Source: an uncultured Acidobacteriota bacterium (GTDB taxonomy: Bacteria; Acidobacteriota; UBA6911; RPQK01; JAPXNP01). From it: a stretch of 64,000 nucleotides of DNA. The position numbers and the translations under genes are program-made. How positions within the stretch are numbered: the first letter of the stretch is position 1; each line of letters begins with the position of its first letter. The stretch spans positions 352,001 to 416,000 of the forward strand of contig CAVZRV010000029.1 of the NCBI GenBank assembly GCA_963777605.1, in the 5' to 3' direction. The notes under the pieces were generated by a model, which saw nothing but the letters and a program-made list of their open reading frames with translations, made no database searches and had not been told where the DNA came from. This document shows, piece by piece, positions 47,671-59,199 of the stretch.

Positions 47671-50169
47671 TTGAGCGATTCCAGTACACGGTTACCTTTT
47701 GACGGATTGTGCAGTGTTGTCATCCTGAGTGTGATTCTGTGTCTCCCTTTGGCACCCGCCTTCGGCGCGCGCCTGGCGGAGAACTTCAACTCGGGCTGGC
47801 GTTATGCCCGCGGTGAGCAGGACGCGGCGGTAGCCGCACCATCGTTCGACGACTCCGGCTGGGCCGAAGTCCGGGTTCCTCACGACTGGGCGATCGCGGG
47901 CCCGTTCGACGAAAATGCAAGTGGGTATGCCGGGAAGCTCCCCTGGAAAGGGGTGGGCTGGTACCGAAAGTCCTTCGAGTTGGACCGCGACCTGGAAGGG
48001 ATGAAGGTCCTCCTCGATTTCGATGGAGTGATGGCGTTCGCCCGGGTCTATGTGAACGGGCACCTGGCCGGGGAATGGGACTACGGCTACACTTCGTTTC
48101 GGGTCGATGCCACACCCTACCTGGTGTTCGGCGACCGAAATGTAATCGCGGTCCGGGCCGACACTGAGAACTGGGGGACCCGCTGGTACCCGGGTGCAGG
48201 CATTTACCGGAAAGTCACACTGGTCAGTTGCGATCCCGTGCACCTGGCACATTGGGGTACATCGGTCACCACTCCCATCATCACCGGCGATTTTGCCGAG
48301 GTCCGGATCCGAACGACCGTGGATAACGAAACCAATTTCGATACCGAGCGCTTCGTTGACCTGGAGGTGACCGATCCGGACGGTTCGGTCGTCGCTCGGG
48401 GCATCTCAAACGCCAGTGTTCCGGCGGGTGAGTCGAAAACCGTGGAACAGCTGTTCCGGGTCGCGAAACCTCAAAAGTGGGATGTTTCCACCCCGAACCT
48501 TTACCAGGTGAAGACGACGATTCGGGAGCCCAATGGAGCCATCGGGGAGGAGGCTGCCGTCTCGTTCGGCATTCGAACGTTCGAGTTCACCGCCGATGCC
48601 GGGTTCATCCTGAATGGCCGTCGGGTTCAGTTGCGGGGAGCCAACCTGCACCACGACCAGGGACCGCTGGGTGCGGCCTTCAACGTCCGTGCCATGGAGC
48701 GGCAACTGGAGATCATGCAGGAGATGGGGGTGAACGCGATTCGGACCAGCCACAACCCTCCGGCGCCTGAGTTGCTCGACCTCTGCGATCGGATGGGGAT
48801 CGTGGTCTGGGACGAAGCCTTTGACAAGTGGGACGGTACGGCGGGCCGGCACGACGGCCTGCCGCCGCTGCGCGAGTTTGGAGAGCGGCACATCCGCAGC
48901 CTGGTCCTGCGGGATCGCAACCACCCCAGCGTCGTGGTGTGGTCGGTGGGGAACGAGATCCCTCCCGGAGGCGAGGGAGTTACGCCGGAGCGGGTGGCTT
49001 TCTTGAGCGAATTCGTCCGGCGATACGATCCCACCCGTCCAGTCGCAATGGGATGTGACCGTCCCGGTATGGCCAACCAACCCAACTTCGACGCCCTGGA
49101 CCTGACGGGCTGGAACTACGGCCGGCGCTATGCAACGATGCGGGAGCGCTACCCGGAGAAGCCGATCGTCTACTCCGAGTCCGCTTCGGCTCTCAGCACG
49201 CGAGGGTTTTACGAACTGCCGCTCCCAAAAGACAAGACCGACTACTCGAAGAAGGACCAGGTTGACTCATACGATCTCAACTCGGCGCCGTGGTCCGACA
49301 TTCCGGACAAGGAGTTCCAGTTGATGGAGCAGGACCGGTTTGTGGCGGGAGAGTTTGTCTGGACTGGTTTTGACTACCTGGGAGAACCCACCCCGTTTAC
49401 CGAAGTGGCCCGCAGTTCCTATTTCGGAGTGGTGGATCTCTGCGGAATTCCGAAGGACCGTTACTACCTGTACCGGAGCTACTGGCGCCCGGATGTGAAC
49501 ACAGTTCACATTCTGCCTCATTGGAACTGGCCGGATCGGGTGGGTCAGGAGGTGCCGGTCTTCGTCTACACGAACGGGGACTCGGCAGAACTGTTCTTGA
49601 ACGGGAAATCGCTGGGCCGCCGCACCAAGGGGGTCGTTCCGGAACAGTCGTCGAACCGTGCGATCGGTGCGGCCGGAACGACTTCATCGAACAGTTCGTC
49701 CGACTATTACGACGTGACCTATCGCTACCGGCTCCGTTGGAACCACGTCATTTACGAACCGGGAGAACTCAAGGTCGTGGCTTATCGTAACGGACGCCCC
49801 GTTGGGGAGGCTGTCGTACACACGGCTGGAAGTCCGGCGGCGATTCGTCTGACTCCCGATCGGGACCGGCTGGAAGCAAGTGGGGACGATCTCTGCTACA
49901 CCCTGGTTGAGGCATTCGACGAATCCGGCAACCCTTGCCCCCTGGCCGACAACCTCGTCCATTTCGAACTCGAGGGCCCGGCGGAAATTGCCGGAGTCGG
50001 CAACGGGAACCCTCTCTCCCTGGAGCCCTTCCAGGCGAGCTACCGCAAGCTGTTCAACGGGAAAGCGATGCTCATCCTCCGAACCCGGGACGGCGAGGCG
50101 GGCAGGATCTCGATCCGGGCCCGCAGCCAGGGACTGAAAGACGGCTTGGCCGCGGTCGCGGCAGAGTGA
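47671..50169 (+). CDS. Exported glycoside hydrolase family 2 (beta-galactosidase-like)
   Basis: VPHDWAI, WYRK, FDGV, NAIRTSHNP, WSVGNE (acid/base), YSE, WTGFDYLGEPTP. Confidence 0.93.
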   Translation: MSDSSTRLPFDGLCSVVILSVILCLPLAPAFGARLAENFNSGWRYARGEQDAAVAAPSFDDSGWAEVRVPHDWAIAGPFDENASGYAGKLPWKGVGWYRKSFELDRDLEGMKVLLDFDGVMAFARVYVNGHLAGEWDYGYTSFRVDATPYLVFGDRNVIAVRADTENWGTRWYPGAGIYRKVTLVSCDPVHLAHWGTSVTTPIITGDFAEVRIRTTVDNETNFDTERFVDLEVTDPDGSVVARGISNASVPAGESKTVEQLFRVAKPQKWDVSTPNLYQVKTTIREPNGAIGEEAAVSFGIRTFEFTADAGFILNGRRVQLRGANLHHDQGPLGAAFNVRAMERQLEIMQEMGVNAIRTSHNPPAPELLDLCDRMGIVVWDEAFDKWDGTAGRHDGLPPLREFGERHIRSLVLRDRNHPSVVVWSVGNEIPPGGEGVTPERVAFLSEFVRRYDPTRPVAMGCDRPGMANQPNFDALDLTGWNYGRRYATMRERYPEKPIVYSESASALSTRGFYELPLPKDKTDYSKKDQVDSYDLNSAPWSDIPDKEFQLMEQDRFVAGEFVWTGFDYLGEPTPFTEVARSSYFGVVDLCGIPKDRYYLYRSYWRPDVNTVHILPHWNWPDRVGQEVPVFVYTNGDSAELFLNGKSLGRRTKGVVPEQSSNRAIGAAGTTSSNSSSDYYDVTYRYRLRWNHVIYEPGELKVVAYRNGRPVGEAVVHTAGSPAAIRLTPDRDRLEASGDDLCYTLVEAFDESGNPCPLADNLVHFELEGPAEIAGVGNGNPLSLEPFQASYRKLFNGKAMLILRTRDGEAGRISIRARSQGLKDGLAAVAAE

Positions 50170-50312
50170 GTGGGAGCTTGAGGGCACTGGGGGCACTTCA
50201 CCCAAACCTTCCAAACCCCCAGTCCGTCCAAATCCACCGAGCTTGTGGTATTGTCGGCCTTCTGATGGTGAGGGGAAGCGCAACGCTTTTCCCGGAGCAA
50301 GGAGGAAATTCT

Positions 50313-51296
50313 GTGACTGAACGAGCGCCGTGGGTAACTTATCGTCCTGAACTGAAGGTCCTGGATTGCACGATCCGGGATGGCGGGTTGGTCAGCAATA
50401 GCCATTTTTCGGATGTTTTCGTTCGTGCCGTGTACGATGCCTGTATTGCGGCGGGTATCGACTACATGGAGATCGGATACAAGAACTCTCCCAGGCTGTT
50501 TCCACTGAGCGACTACGGCCCGTGGCGTCACTGTGAAGAGGGCGACATGCGCCGGGTTGTGGGAGACCACGATTCCGCGGCGACAGGTCTCAAATTGTCG
50601 GCGATGGCGGATGCGGGCAAGAGCGACTGGAAGACCCAGATCATTCCGTGCAAGGACAGTGTGCTGGACCTGATCCGGGTGGCCTGCTACGTGCACCAGA
50701 TTCCGGAAGCCGTGGACATGATTCACTTCGCCCACGAGCAGGGGTACGAGGTCAACGTCAACCTGATGTCGGTATCGATTGTCCAGGAAGTGGAAATCCA
50801 GCAGGCGCTGGAGGTTTTTGCTGAGACTCCCGCCAGCACGATCGTCGTCGTGGACAGCTTCGGAGCCCTCTATCGGGAGCAGGTAGACAACCTGGTCCGG
50901 ATGTATATGGCTGCCGTCGAGGGGAAGGGAAAGCACGTCGGAATCCACGCCCATAACAACCAGCAGTTGGCTTTCGCCAACACCATTGAGGCGATCATCC
51001 TGGGAGCAAACCGGGCCGATGCGTCGATGGCCGGGCTGGGCCGGGGGGCCGGAAACTGCCCCATGGAATTGCTGCTCGGCTTCCTGCGGAATCCGAAATT
51101 CAAGCTGAGACCGGTTCTCCAGTTCCTGCAGGAACACATGGTCAAGCTGAGAAGCGAGTACGATTGGGGACCGTCGGTGCCCTACAACATCACCGGTCAG
51201 TTCAATCGCCACCCGCGCGAAGCCATCGAATTTCGCGAGGGAGAGACCCCGGACGCTTACGTGAAGTTCTACGACCAGGTGGTCAGCGACACGTAG
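50313..51296 (+). CDS. DRE-TIM (HMGL-like) aldolase, 4-hydroxy-2-oxovalerate aldolase-like catalytic domain
   Basis: LDCTIRDGG, GIHAHNN, GLGRGAGN; GTG start after AAGGAGG. Confidence 0.85.
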   Translation: MTERAPWVTYRPELKVLDCTIRDGGLVSNSHFSDVFVRAVYDACIAAGIDYMEIGYKNSPRLFPLSDYGPWRHCEEGDMRRVVGDHDSAATGLKLSAMADAGKSDWKTQIIPCKDSVLDLIRVACYVHQIPEAVDMIHFAHEQGYEVNVNLMSVSIVQEVEIQQALEVFAETPASTIVVVDSFGALYREQVDNLVRMYMAAVEGKGKHVGIHAHNNQQLAFANTIEAIILGANRADASMAGLGRGAGNCPMELLLGFLRNPKFKLRPVLQFLQEHMVKLRSEYDWGPSVPYNITGQFNRHPREAIEFREGETPDAYVKFYDQVVSDT

Positions 51297-52176
51297 CGTC
51301 GATCAGCCGGGCAAGCACGCTCAGAACCTCTTCAAAGTGCTCGAGGACCCAGACGTGGCCTTGTTCGGGGACGAAGTGGGCCTCGCATCTGGGCAGGCGC
51401 CTGGCTACTGCCTTCCCGAGGATCACGGGAACGTCGAAGTCATCGTTCCCGTGCCAGAGAAGGACCGGGCCGGGAATATCTTCGAGGCGAAAGTCCCAGG
51501 GACGGGTCATCAGTTTCAAGTCATGAGCCACCGCGGCCGATCCCTGGGAAAAACCCTCTCGGAGCGAATGGAAGAGTTGTGATGCGACCCGCTGGTCAGC
51601 CAGTATCGCTCGTCCGGGTTCCGGGACGCGAGTGATCAGCCGTGAGAGCCGTCGATCGGACAACTTTTTCAGGGCTACTCCGGCCAAGGCGGCGAGCACC
51701 GGGATGAAGCCGGGCAGGTCCCGAAACAGGTGGAGCCGCAGTTTCTGATGGCTTGAAGCCTGCTCCAACAGCCACGGATCGTCGACCGGTCCCATTCCGC
51801 TGATAATAGCGGTGGCCACGACCTGCGGAGCCAGGCGGTTGGCCACCGCCAGGCCATAGGGTCCTCCACCCGAAAGCCCGATCACGCCAAAGCGTTCGAT
51901 ACCAAGGCGGTCTGCGAGTTGCCGCACGTCGTTCGGCCAGTCCACGATCTGGCGGTTGGGGTGGGGCGTTGAACGGCCGATTCCAGGCCGGTCCGGAGAG
52001 ATCAGCCTCAGGCGGTAGCGCTTGGCCATTTCGGATGCGAAGGAAAAGGTCAGGCGCGATCCCGGGATGCCATGGAATGCCAGGATCGGAAATCCTTCGG
52101 GGTCACCCCAGGAAGCGAAGCTGATCAGGCGCTTGTCGTCGAGTTCAACTACCTCAGTCTGGCTGTCGGTCCGCAT
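51283..52176 (-). CDS. Alpha/beta hydrolase
   Basis: FHGIPGS, PDRPGIGRS, GLSGG, WHGNDD, GH. Confidence 0.9.
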   Translation of the reverse strand: MRTDSQTEVVELDDKRLISFASWGDPEGFPILAFHGIPGSRLTFSFASEMAKRYRLRLISPDRPGIGRSTPHPNRQIVDWPNDVRQLADRLGIERFGVIGLSGGGPYGLAVANRLAPQVVATAIISGMGPVDDPWLLEQASSHQKLRLHLFRDLPGFIPVLAALAGVALKKLSDRRLSRLITRVPEPGRAILADQRVASQLFHSLREGFSQGSAAVAHDLKLMTRPWDFRLEDIPGPVLLWHGNDDFDVPVILGKAVARRLPRCEAHFVPEQGHVWVLEHFEEVLSVLARLIDATCR

Positions 52177-52180
52177 GAAT

Positions 52181-53143
52181 TCAATTCCGGAAATAGAGGA
52201 ACGCCACGTAGCTCACGTACCCGACCAGAAAACAGCCCCCTTCGCCTCGCGAGATCCTGGCTCCCGAAAGGAAAACCGGGATGCAGGCGACGCTCACTGC
52301 GATCATCACCGGAAGATCGAAATGGAGGGCTGCAGGCGCCACCTTGATCCCGGCAGGAGTGACGAGGGCAGTGATTCCGAGGACGGCAAGAATGTTGAAA
52401 AGATTACTGCCCACGACATTGCCGACGGCGATGTCCCTCTCTCCCCGCACGGCAGCAATGATCGAGGTCGCGACCTCGGGGAGAGATGTCCCGGCGGAAA
52501 TCAGGGTCAGCCCGATGACCAACTCGCTGATACCGAGGCTGCGCGCAATCACGATTGAGTTGTTGACCAGGAGGTCTGATCCCTTGATGAGGAGGACGAA
52601 GCCCAATAAGACCCAGAGAACCTGGATCCAAGTGGACGGAGCCGGCCGTTCGAAGGCCCTGGCATACTCAGCATTGACTTGCTTCGATTCCTCGCGGCTC
52701 TTCCGGATGAGGAGGACGGTGTATACCACGAGCGAGAGGACAAACAGCAGTCCCTCTCCCCTGCCGAGGATGCCGTTCCAGCCGAACCCGAGGAGAATAA
52801 TCGAGGTTCCGATCATCAGAGGCACCTCGGCCCGGACTATTTTCTGGTCAACCACGAGCGGTGTGATCAGAGCGGAAACACCGAGGATGAAGAGGACATT
52901 GAAGATGTTGGATCCCACGGCGTTGCCGAGCGCCAGGTCGGGCTGTCCTCCCAGGCCGGCCTTCACGCTCACCGCCAGTTCCGGGGAACTGGTGCCGAAG
53001 GCGACAACGGTCAAGCCGATCACGAGCGGGCTGATGCCCAGGGTCAGTGCGAGACGGGAAGCCCCCCGGACGAGGAATTCCGCGCCCACAATCAGACCAC
53101 CCAGCCCAAGGCTGAACCCGAGGATGACCCAGGCGTCCACCAT
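52181..53143 (-). CDS. Calcium/sodium antiporter (YrbG/CaCA family)
   Basis: Alpha repeats GTSSPE...GSNIFN and GTSLPE...GSNLFN. Confidence 0.93.
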   Translation of the reverse strand: MVDAWVILGFSLGLGGLIVGAEFLVRGASRLALTLGISPLVIGLTVVAFGTSSPELAVSVKAGLGGQPDLALGNAVGSNIFNVLFILGVSALITPLVVDQKIVRAEVPLMIGTSIILLGFGWNGILGRGEGLLFVLSLVVYTVLLIRKSREESKQVNAEYARAFERPAPSTWIQVLWVLLGFVLLIKGSDLLVNNSIVIARSLGISELVIGLTLISAGTSLPEVATSIIAAVRGERDIAVGNVVGSNLFNILAVLGITALVTPAGIKVAPAALHFDLPVMIAVSVACIPVFLSGARISRGEGGCFLVGYVSYVAFLYFRN

Positions 53144-53280
53144 GTCTCCCCTCCATCAGAAAACCGGCTTTCCCTGCCAGCATCCCACAGAACGACGGGT
53201 TCCGGCAATCGGTCGAGATTGAGTCCCAACGGAAAATTCGGCCGCCCGCAATCGCAGGAGCTTCTCTACCGGTTCCGGTC

Positions 53281-55329
53281 TCATGGTTTATCGACTTCAA
53301 ACTCACTCTCAACTATGGCCGGAGTGTTTTCAGTGTCGATTTCGACTTTGAGCTGGTAGCGTCCGGGTTCGAGTCCGGAGAGGCCGGTCTTCCCGCTGTA
53401 CTCGAGCAGCTCTTTCGATGGGTTGGGCTTTAGCGGAAGCCAGGGCCCGGTCGAGATAACGCGCGAGCCGGCCGCCAGGAGAAAGACGCGGAATCGTTCC
53501 GGAGGCTGCCGGCGTGAGTCAACCAGAACCTTGCCGTGGAAATAGAGCGTCTCCGAAGACCGGAAACGGGGTGGAATCCGGGGGATCATGAGCCGGCCAC
53601 CGACTTCGAGAGGGTTGGAAAGCAGAGTCGTAATCCGGCCGGTCTTGATTCGGAAAGACTCGGGGGCTTCTGCGACCTGGGTTCGCTCTGCGAGGACCAG
53701 TGAACTCAGCCTGACGCCGCCGGAGGCTTCGAGTATCGGGAGGGAGGTCACCGCCGAACTGGCGTGGCCACGCCGGTTGTCACGGACATAGGCCCGAATC
53801 TGGTAATCCCCCTGGGGAACCTGGAGAACGTTCTGGTAGAGGAAGAGGGGACGGGAATCGTTCCTTCGCGGCCGGATTTCGACCTGGTCCCGGATCCCGG
53901 CGGTCACCTCGCCCTGGTTCCTCGCCGCCAGGATAACTACCTCGAGGTCGAGACGGTCGGAGTCGGCCAGTTTTGCGAGTTCGGAGTAGTCGAATGTCAG
54001 GACGACCGAGGCCAGGTAGGTTCCGTCTCCCTGCGGGAAGTACTCCGACGAGATCCCAAGTCCGAAGTCGGAAGGACGTTCGTCATCCAGGACGATGTGC
54101 TGCAGCGACTGCTCTCTCTCGGTCGAGGAGAGAGCGATGAAAGGCTTGTCGGCGTAGTAGCCCTTTCGGAAACTGAGGCGCAACCCGGGCTTGTCGGCGC
54201 GAACCTCGATCCGGCGAAAGCGGCCGTCGTGAGGGATTTGAGTGACCTGGTAACCGATCAGGTAATAGTGGCTGGCATCTTCCTGGGCGATTCGAAAGAT
54301 CTTTCCAAGATCGTTGTCGTCGAGGAGGGCGTAACCGCCCGTGTCGGCCGCAAGAGTGACCAGGCCTTCCTGGCTTTGCGCCAGCGAACTGAGTTGGCCG
54401 AGTGAGGCTCTACCGTTGAAGATCGAAGTTCCGGATCCGCCTCTCCCGGTTGCCCCGCCACCGGGAGAGAGCGCCACCAGGCCCCGGCTGTCGATCGTGT
54501 AAAGGCTGGTGTTGTTCCGGTTTGCGAAATCGGTGGTCACTCGCATCTCGTCGGTGTTCTCCACGGCGTCGGCTGTCAGTCCGGGAGTGAAGTAGAGAAT
54601 GGCCTTGCGGCCGGGAACGTCCTGAAAGGCCTCCGCGATCGACTGGATGGCAGAAAGCTGCTGGTTCGTCTCGAAGAGTGAAAGTTCAGTCAGATCGGCG
54701 ATGAACTCTCCCGACGTGTCGTCCGCGGACGAACTGTCGAGCTCGGCACTTGCTTCTCCGAGAGAGTTTACTGCCGCCAGCAGGTCGTCCCGTCGGGAAG
54801 TCAGGTCGCACAGCAGGTAGAGCCCCTGGTCGAAAACGGCCACCGCAGCAGCGTCTTCCGGAGTGATCCCGGCTTGGAGGAACTTGCGAGCCGACTCCTG
54901 CACGAAATGGATGTCCTGTGGGTCCATCGAACTGAGGTTGAAGAACAGGATCAGGACGCGCTTCTCACCCGGTTCGGGTGTTTCCCGGGTCGCCCCGGAA
55001 GCAGGAGGCGATTCAGCCCGAGGAGAACGAGTTGGCTCCACGGGATTGGGTGCCACTGGGGACGACTCTGAAATCGCGACCGACGAGGCGTCGGGCGGCA
55101 GCGGGATGGAGATCTCCCGGAAGTAGGTAATGGCTTGGGGAACCCCTTCTTCAAAGACGGTGAAGTCTCCGGCAGTCAGCCCTTTCACCGGCTTTCCGTC
55201 CGAGTCGAGTACACGCACGTCCACCAGCACGATGTTGGCGGACGACGTGAAACGTGGTTCCTCCTGGGCGAGGACAGGCTCGGCCGGGAGAAGAGTCAGA
55301 AGCAGAAAAGCGATCAGGCGTCGAGTCAT
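53281..55329 (-). CDS. Exported acidobacterial-type VWA domain protein with C-terminal Ig-like region
   Basis: Signal peptide, VLVDVRV..GKPVKGLTAGDFTVFEEG, PGRKAILYF, LAADTGG, YYLIGY, DGRFRRIEV. Confidence 0.88.
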   Translation of the reverse strand: MTRRLIAFLLLTLLPAEPVLAQEEPRFTSSANIVLVDVRVLDSDGKPVKGLTAGDFTVFEEGVPQAITYFREISIPLPPDASSVAISESSPVAPNPVEPTRSPRAESPPASGATRETPEPGEKRVLILFFNLSSMDPQDIHFVQESARKFLQAGITPEDAAAVAVFDQGLYLLCDLTSRRDDLLAAVNSLGEASAELDSSSADDTSGEFIADLTELSLFETNQQLSAIQSIAEAFQDVPGRKAILYFTPGLTADAVENTDEMRVTTDFANRNNTSLYTIDSRGLVALSPGGGATGRGGSGTSIFNGRASLGQLSSLAQSQEGLVTLAADTGGYALLDDNDLGKIFRIAQEDASHYYLIGYQVTQIPHDGRFRRIEVRADKPGLRLSFRKGYYADKPFIALSSTEREQSLQHIVLDDERPSDFGLGISSEYFPQGDGTYLASVVLTFDYSELAKLADSDRLDLEVVILAARNQGEVTAGIRDQVEIRPRRNDSRPLFLYQNVLQVPQGDYQIRAYVRDNRRGHASSAVTSLPILEASGGVRLSSLVLAERTQVAEAPESFRIKTGRITTLLSNPLEVGGRLMIPRIPPRFRSSETLYFHGKVLVDSRRQPPERFRVFLLAAGSRVISTGPWLPLKPNPSKELLEYSGKTGLSGLEPGRYQLKVEIDTENTPAIVESEFEVDKP

Positions 55330-55343
55330 TGCAGTCTGTGTCT

Positions 55344-58300
55344 CTAGAACGAGAGGCGAACCTCCATTTGAACGCTCCGCATCATGCCGGCCGAGGTGAC
55401 CTGTCCAAATCCACGGCTGTTGACGACGGTGTCAATCGACGTGTAGTTGACGTGGTTGAGCACGTTCTGGGAGCGCACCGACAGCAGTAGCCGGCGACCG
55501 TTCTCGTCCAGGCGGATGCTGCGATGGATCGAGAGATCGACAGTCCAGGCTCCGGGGCCGGTAATGGTGTTTCTTCCCGCATCTCCAAAGGTTCCCGGCT
55601 CAGGAAGGCTGAAAGCGGCCGTGTTAAACCACATTGCCGTGGTTCGCTCGTTTCCGGAAAGGTCCGGCGAGATGCCGGCGGCATTCGCCCGCTCGCTGCT
55701 GAACGAGCCTGTACCGCTGTTATTGACCTGGTTGCCGAGAATGCGGGCCGTATAGGGACGGCCGGTATTGGCACTGAAGGTCCAGCTCAGGTACCAGTCC
55801 TTCATCAGAATGTTGAATAGGCCCGGGTCCCGGAGCCAGCGGTGGCGGTCTCCGAAGGGGAGTTCCCAGATGCTCTTCAGGCTGAACTGGTGGCGCACGT
55901 CAAAGCTCGAAAGGCCCTTCTCGGACGCGAGGTTGCTGTCATTCTGGGGAACAGTCCGTCCCTGGCCTCCAATCGTGGAAGCGTTGTCGAGCGACTTGCC
56001 CAGGAGGTACTGGGCTGAGAAGGAGAATCCGGCCTGCATCCGCCGCATTACCAGCAACTGCATCCCGTGGAATGTCGAGGAGGCACCGGGTGTCAGGAAG
56101 AGGAACTGGGCGGCATCGGGAATGAGCAGCCCGGCGGCGGTCAACCGGTTGGGCGCGCGCAGCAGTTCGAGGCCGGTGCCGCGGGAGCCCACGTAACCAA
56201 GGCTGGTAAACAGTCCCGCAGGCAGAGCCTGTTGAATGGACAGTCCCCAGTTCTGAACCGTCTGGAGTCGATAGTTAGGATCGACGGCATACGTATTGGC
56301 GGCAACGGGCACAACCCCGGTCGCAAAGGCATCGGTCAGCGGGAGGAAATTCTGTCCCTCTGCCGTCGCCTGAACTGTGTAGCCGAACGGGGGCTGGGCG
56401 ACAAGTTCACGGGCAAAGCTCGAATAGGCCTCTCCGGGGTAAAAGACGCCGTATTCGGCACGGAGGATAGCTGCGCGCCGCCCTGATTTCAGTCGAAAAG
56501 CCAGGCCAAGTCGGGGGGCGAGGTTGTTCTTGTCACTATTGACCATCCCGCGCGGGTAACTGGCCAGGTCCAGGCCAGAGGAGCCCGGTACGACTGTTGC
56601 GGCGCTCGAGAAGCCCGGGCCGATGTCCAGGTTCGAGATGCGGTCGTACTTCTCCACGTATGGGCTTACGAAGTCGTAGCGGATTCCCCACTGGAGCGTG
56701 AAACGGGAGTGGGCTCTCCAGTTATCGTTCAGGAAGAGTGAGAATTGGCGTCCCCGGAGGTAGTGATCGGGATTTCCATACTGTATCTGGCTGCTCTGGG
56801 CCCACCCGAGGAGTAAATCGGAGAGGTCGTAACCGGTTCCCGGCAGTATCTGCCCCGACTCGTCGTAACGGCTGGTGGCGATCCCTGCCAGGTTCAGACT
56901 TCCGGACCCGTTCGGGCTCCCCAGGAGGTTGTACCGCAGCCAGCTGTAGTCGAATCCGACCCGCATGAAATGGCTGTTCCAGACCACCATCCAGGAGTCA
57001 TTGATCGATGTCGTTTCCCGAACGTTGATCGAAGAACTGCCGTCATTCAGTCCGGTGTAGTTGGTGAAGCTCAGCGACGGCAGCCCGTAGTCTATCGGGG
57101 ACGGAGAGGTGCGGGCGAATCCGAGTTCCGCCGAGACGTCATTTTGAAATGCGAAAGGGTTCAGGCTCCGGCTGTCATTGCGGTTGTATCGAATGCGGGT
57201 GTTGTGGATGAGCCCGGGGCGAATCGGGGTGTTCAGAGACAGGTTGACGTTGTGACCATTCCCCTTCCGGTCGCTGGAAAGTGACGGGAAGACATTGAAC
57301 CCGTCCGACGCGCTCTGACTGTAACTGTAGCCGGTGCTCAGGTGCCAGTTTCCGGCGATCGGAAAGCTGACCTGGGTGTTCAGCCGGTCGGAGTGATTGC
57401 CCAACGACTGCTGGCTGAAGTAGTTGAGGTAAGAATCGGTCCGGTTCGGGTCGGGAAAGTAACTCAGCAGCCCGAGCGCGGCGGAGTTTATCTGATCCGT
57501 CGGGATCTTTCCGCCGGCGTACGCTTCCCCGGTGGCCGGATTGAAGATCTGGACGGCTTGTCCGGCGAGTGGTCCGGACTGGTAAACCGTCTCGGAAAAA
57601 TCACCCTGGCGTTCGAGCAGCGTAGGGACCGAGGCAAAAGCGGAATTCAGTTGATTTCCCCGTGATGTGTCGAAATTGACGAAGAACTGGCCTCGCCTCC
57701 GGTAGACGTTCGCACCCTGCCCGGGCAAGGGGCCTCCTAAAGACACGCCGGCATTCCACTTTTGGTAACTCGGGGACTGGCTGTCTTCTCCGGTCAACGA
57801 ATAGGGACGGGCATCGAGCGCCGATCCGGAGTACCCCGCCTGAAGGCTCCCCTGGATACGGTTGGCCCGGGAACCCCCGAACGCCATCCGTCGCCCTCCT
57901 CCGAAGCGACCGGGACCCGGTCCCCCCGGGCCGCCCGGACCCTCGGGTCCGCCACCATCGGGACCGCCCATCCCCCGTTCCAGCCCGAGGATGTCGCGCA
58001 ATACGTCACGGTCGTCGCCTTCCCTGCTGGAACGTTCCTTGGATGCACCCTGGATGAATACCACTTCATCCAGCGAGGTCGTGGATTCGTCGCCGCCCGA
58101 ACTTGCGGGCCGGTTGGGGAGCAGGGATATCTCCTCGAAGGGATCGCTGGAGGCGGTCGGCTGGGCTCCGGTGCCGCGCGGCGGGAATCCGGGTCGGGGC
58201 ACAGGTTCCAGGTTCGAGTCGAAGAATCCTGGTTCGAACTTCAAGGCGAACTGATAGTCGGAGTAAGTCCGGTCGAATTCAAACGAGGTCTCCGTCATTC

Positions 58301-59040
58301 CGGGGCCCATGTCGGGTCCCATCATTCCCCCGGGCATTCCGCCGGGACGTCCACCCATCGCGGTTTTCATCCGGATTGACATCCGATTTGGCAGTGTGAC
58401 CTCGTGATTGGGCGCCGCTTCGAACTGGATCGAGAAAGCTGCGTTGTCGGCAAAGAAGCCGAGACTGAACTCCCCTTCCATGTGGTCGGGAAGTCCCGAC
58501 TTGCGGTCCACCCAGAGATAGACCTTGCCGAAGCGCAACCGGTCTGCCTGCGGGATAGACCCTGAGTCGGGCGAGTCCTGGTGATTCATTGCCCCCGCTC
58601 GATTCCGCCGGTTCGATCTTGCCGATGGACGAAAGCAGGGTCGCCGGTTCGAGGGGATCGAGCATGCGGGTAAACCGCATCCCGAATCCCCGCCCACGAG
58701 GGCCCTCCGGGGGGCCGCCCGGCTGCGCCATCGCAGCCTCGGGGCTGGAACCGGAGAGGGTGTCGCGCCGGATCTGCCCAGGATTTCCGAAGTAGACCCG
58801 TTCTTCGGACTGGAGGACCTGGCTTCCCCGGTCGCCTGAGATCCGGGTCCGGGACGTGACCTCCACCGAAGCGTTCGTCAATCTCTGGATCTGGTTCTTG
58901 ATGGCAGCAGAGGTCATTGAGACCAGGTTCTCGTCCGTGGGGTTCGGGCTGCCAAAGAGCGTGGCTGTGATGAGAAGCCAGGTCCCCAGGGTCGGTGACA
59001 TCCGGTTCCTCAGGATGAACCGCAGAATTTGCCTGTTCAT
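55344..59040 (-). CDS. Outer-membrane beta-barrel (Oar/TonB-dependent receptor-like) with N-terminal LolA-like domain; frameshift near 58553
   Basis: ORF 58279..59121 (signal peptide ...LRVYP) joins ORF 55344..58697 (PQADRLRFGKVYLWVD...) at a C run; barrel motifs LNDNWR..LTLQWGIRYD, NNLAPRLG, FDVRH, GDAGRN and C-terminal Phe. Confidence 0.8.
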
Positions 59041-59199
59041 AGGGGTCTCCGGATCAGGTTCGCCGGTTGCTCGAATAATCTTGGTGCCGGGGTGGCTCTT
59101 CAGATTCGAGCCCCGCGACATCCCGCGTCCGTCCGATGAGTTAAAGCGCCGGCGGGAACCGAGTGCGAATCCCCGCCGGACTGCTGTTGCCGGATTGGC

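Noticed and set aside
57860-58360. Gly/Pro-rich repeats as collagen-like protein or VNTR
   Set aside because: Irregular low-complexity linker within the barrel protein, with no regular nucleotide period
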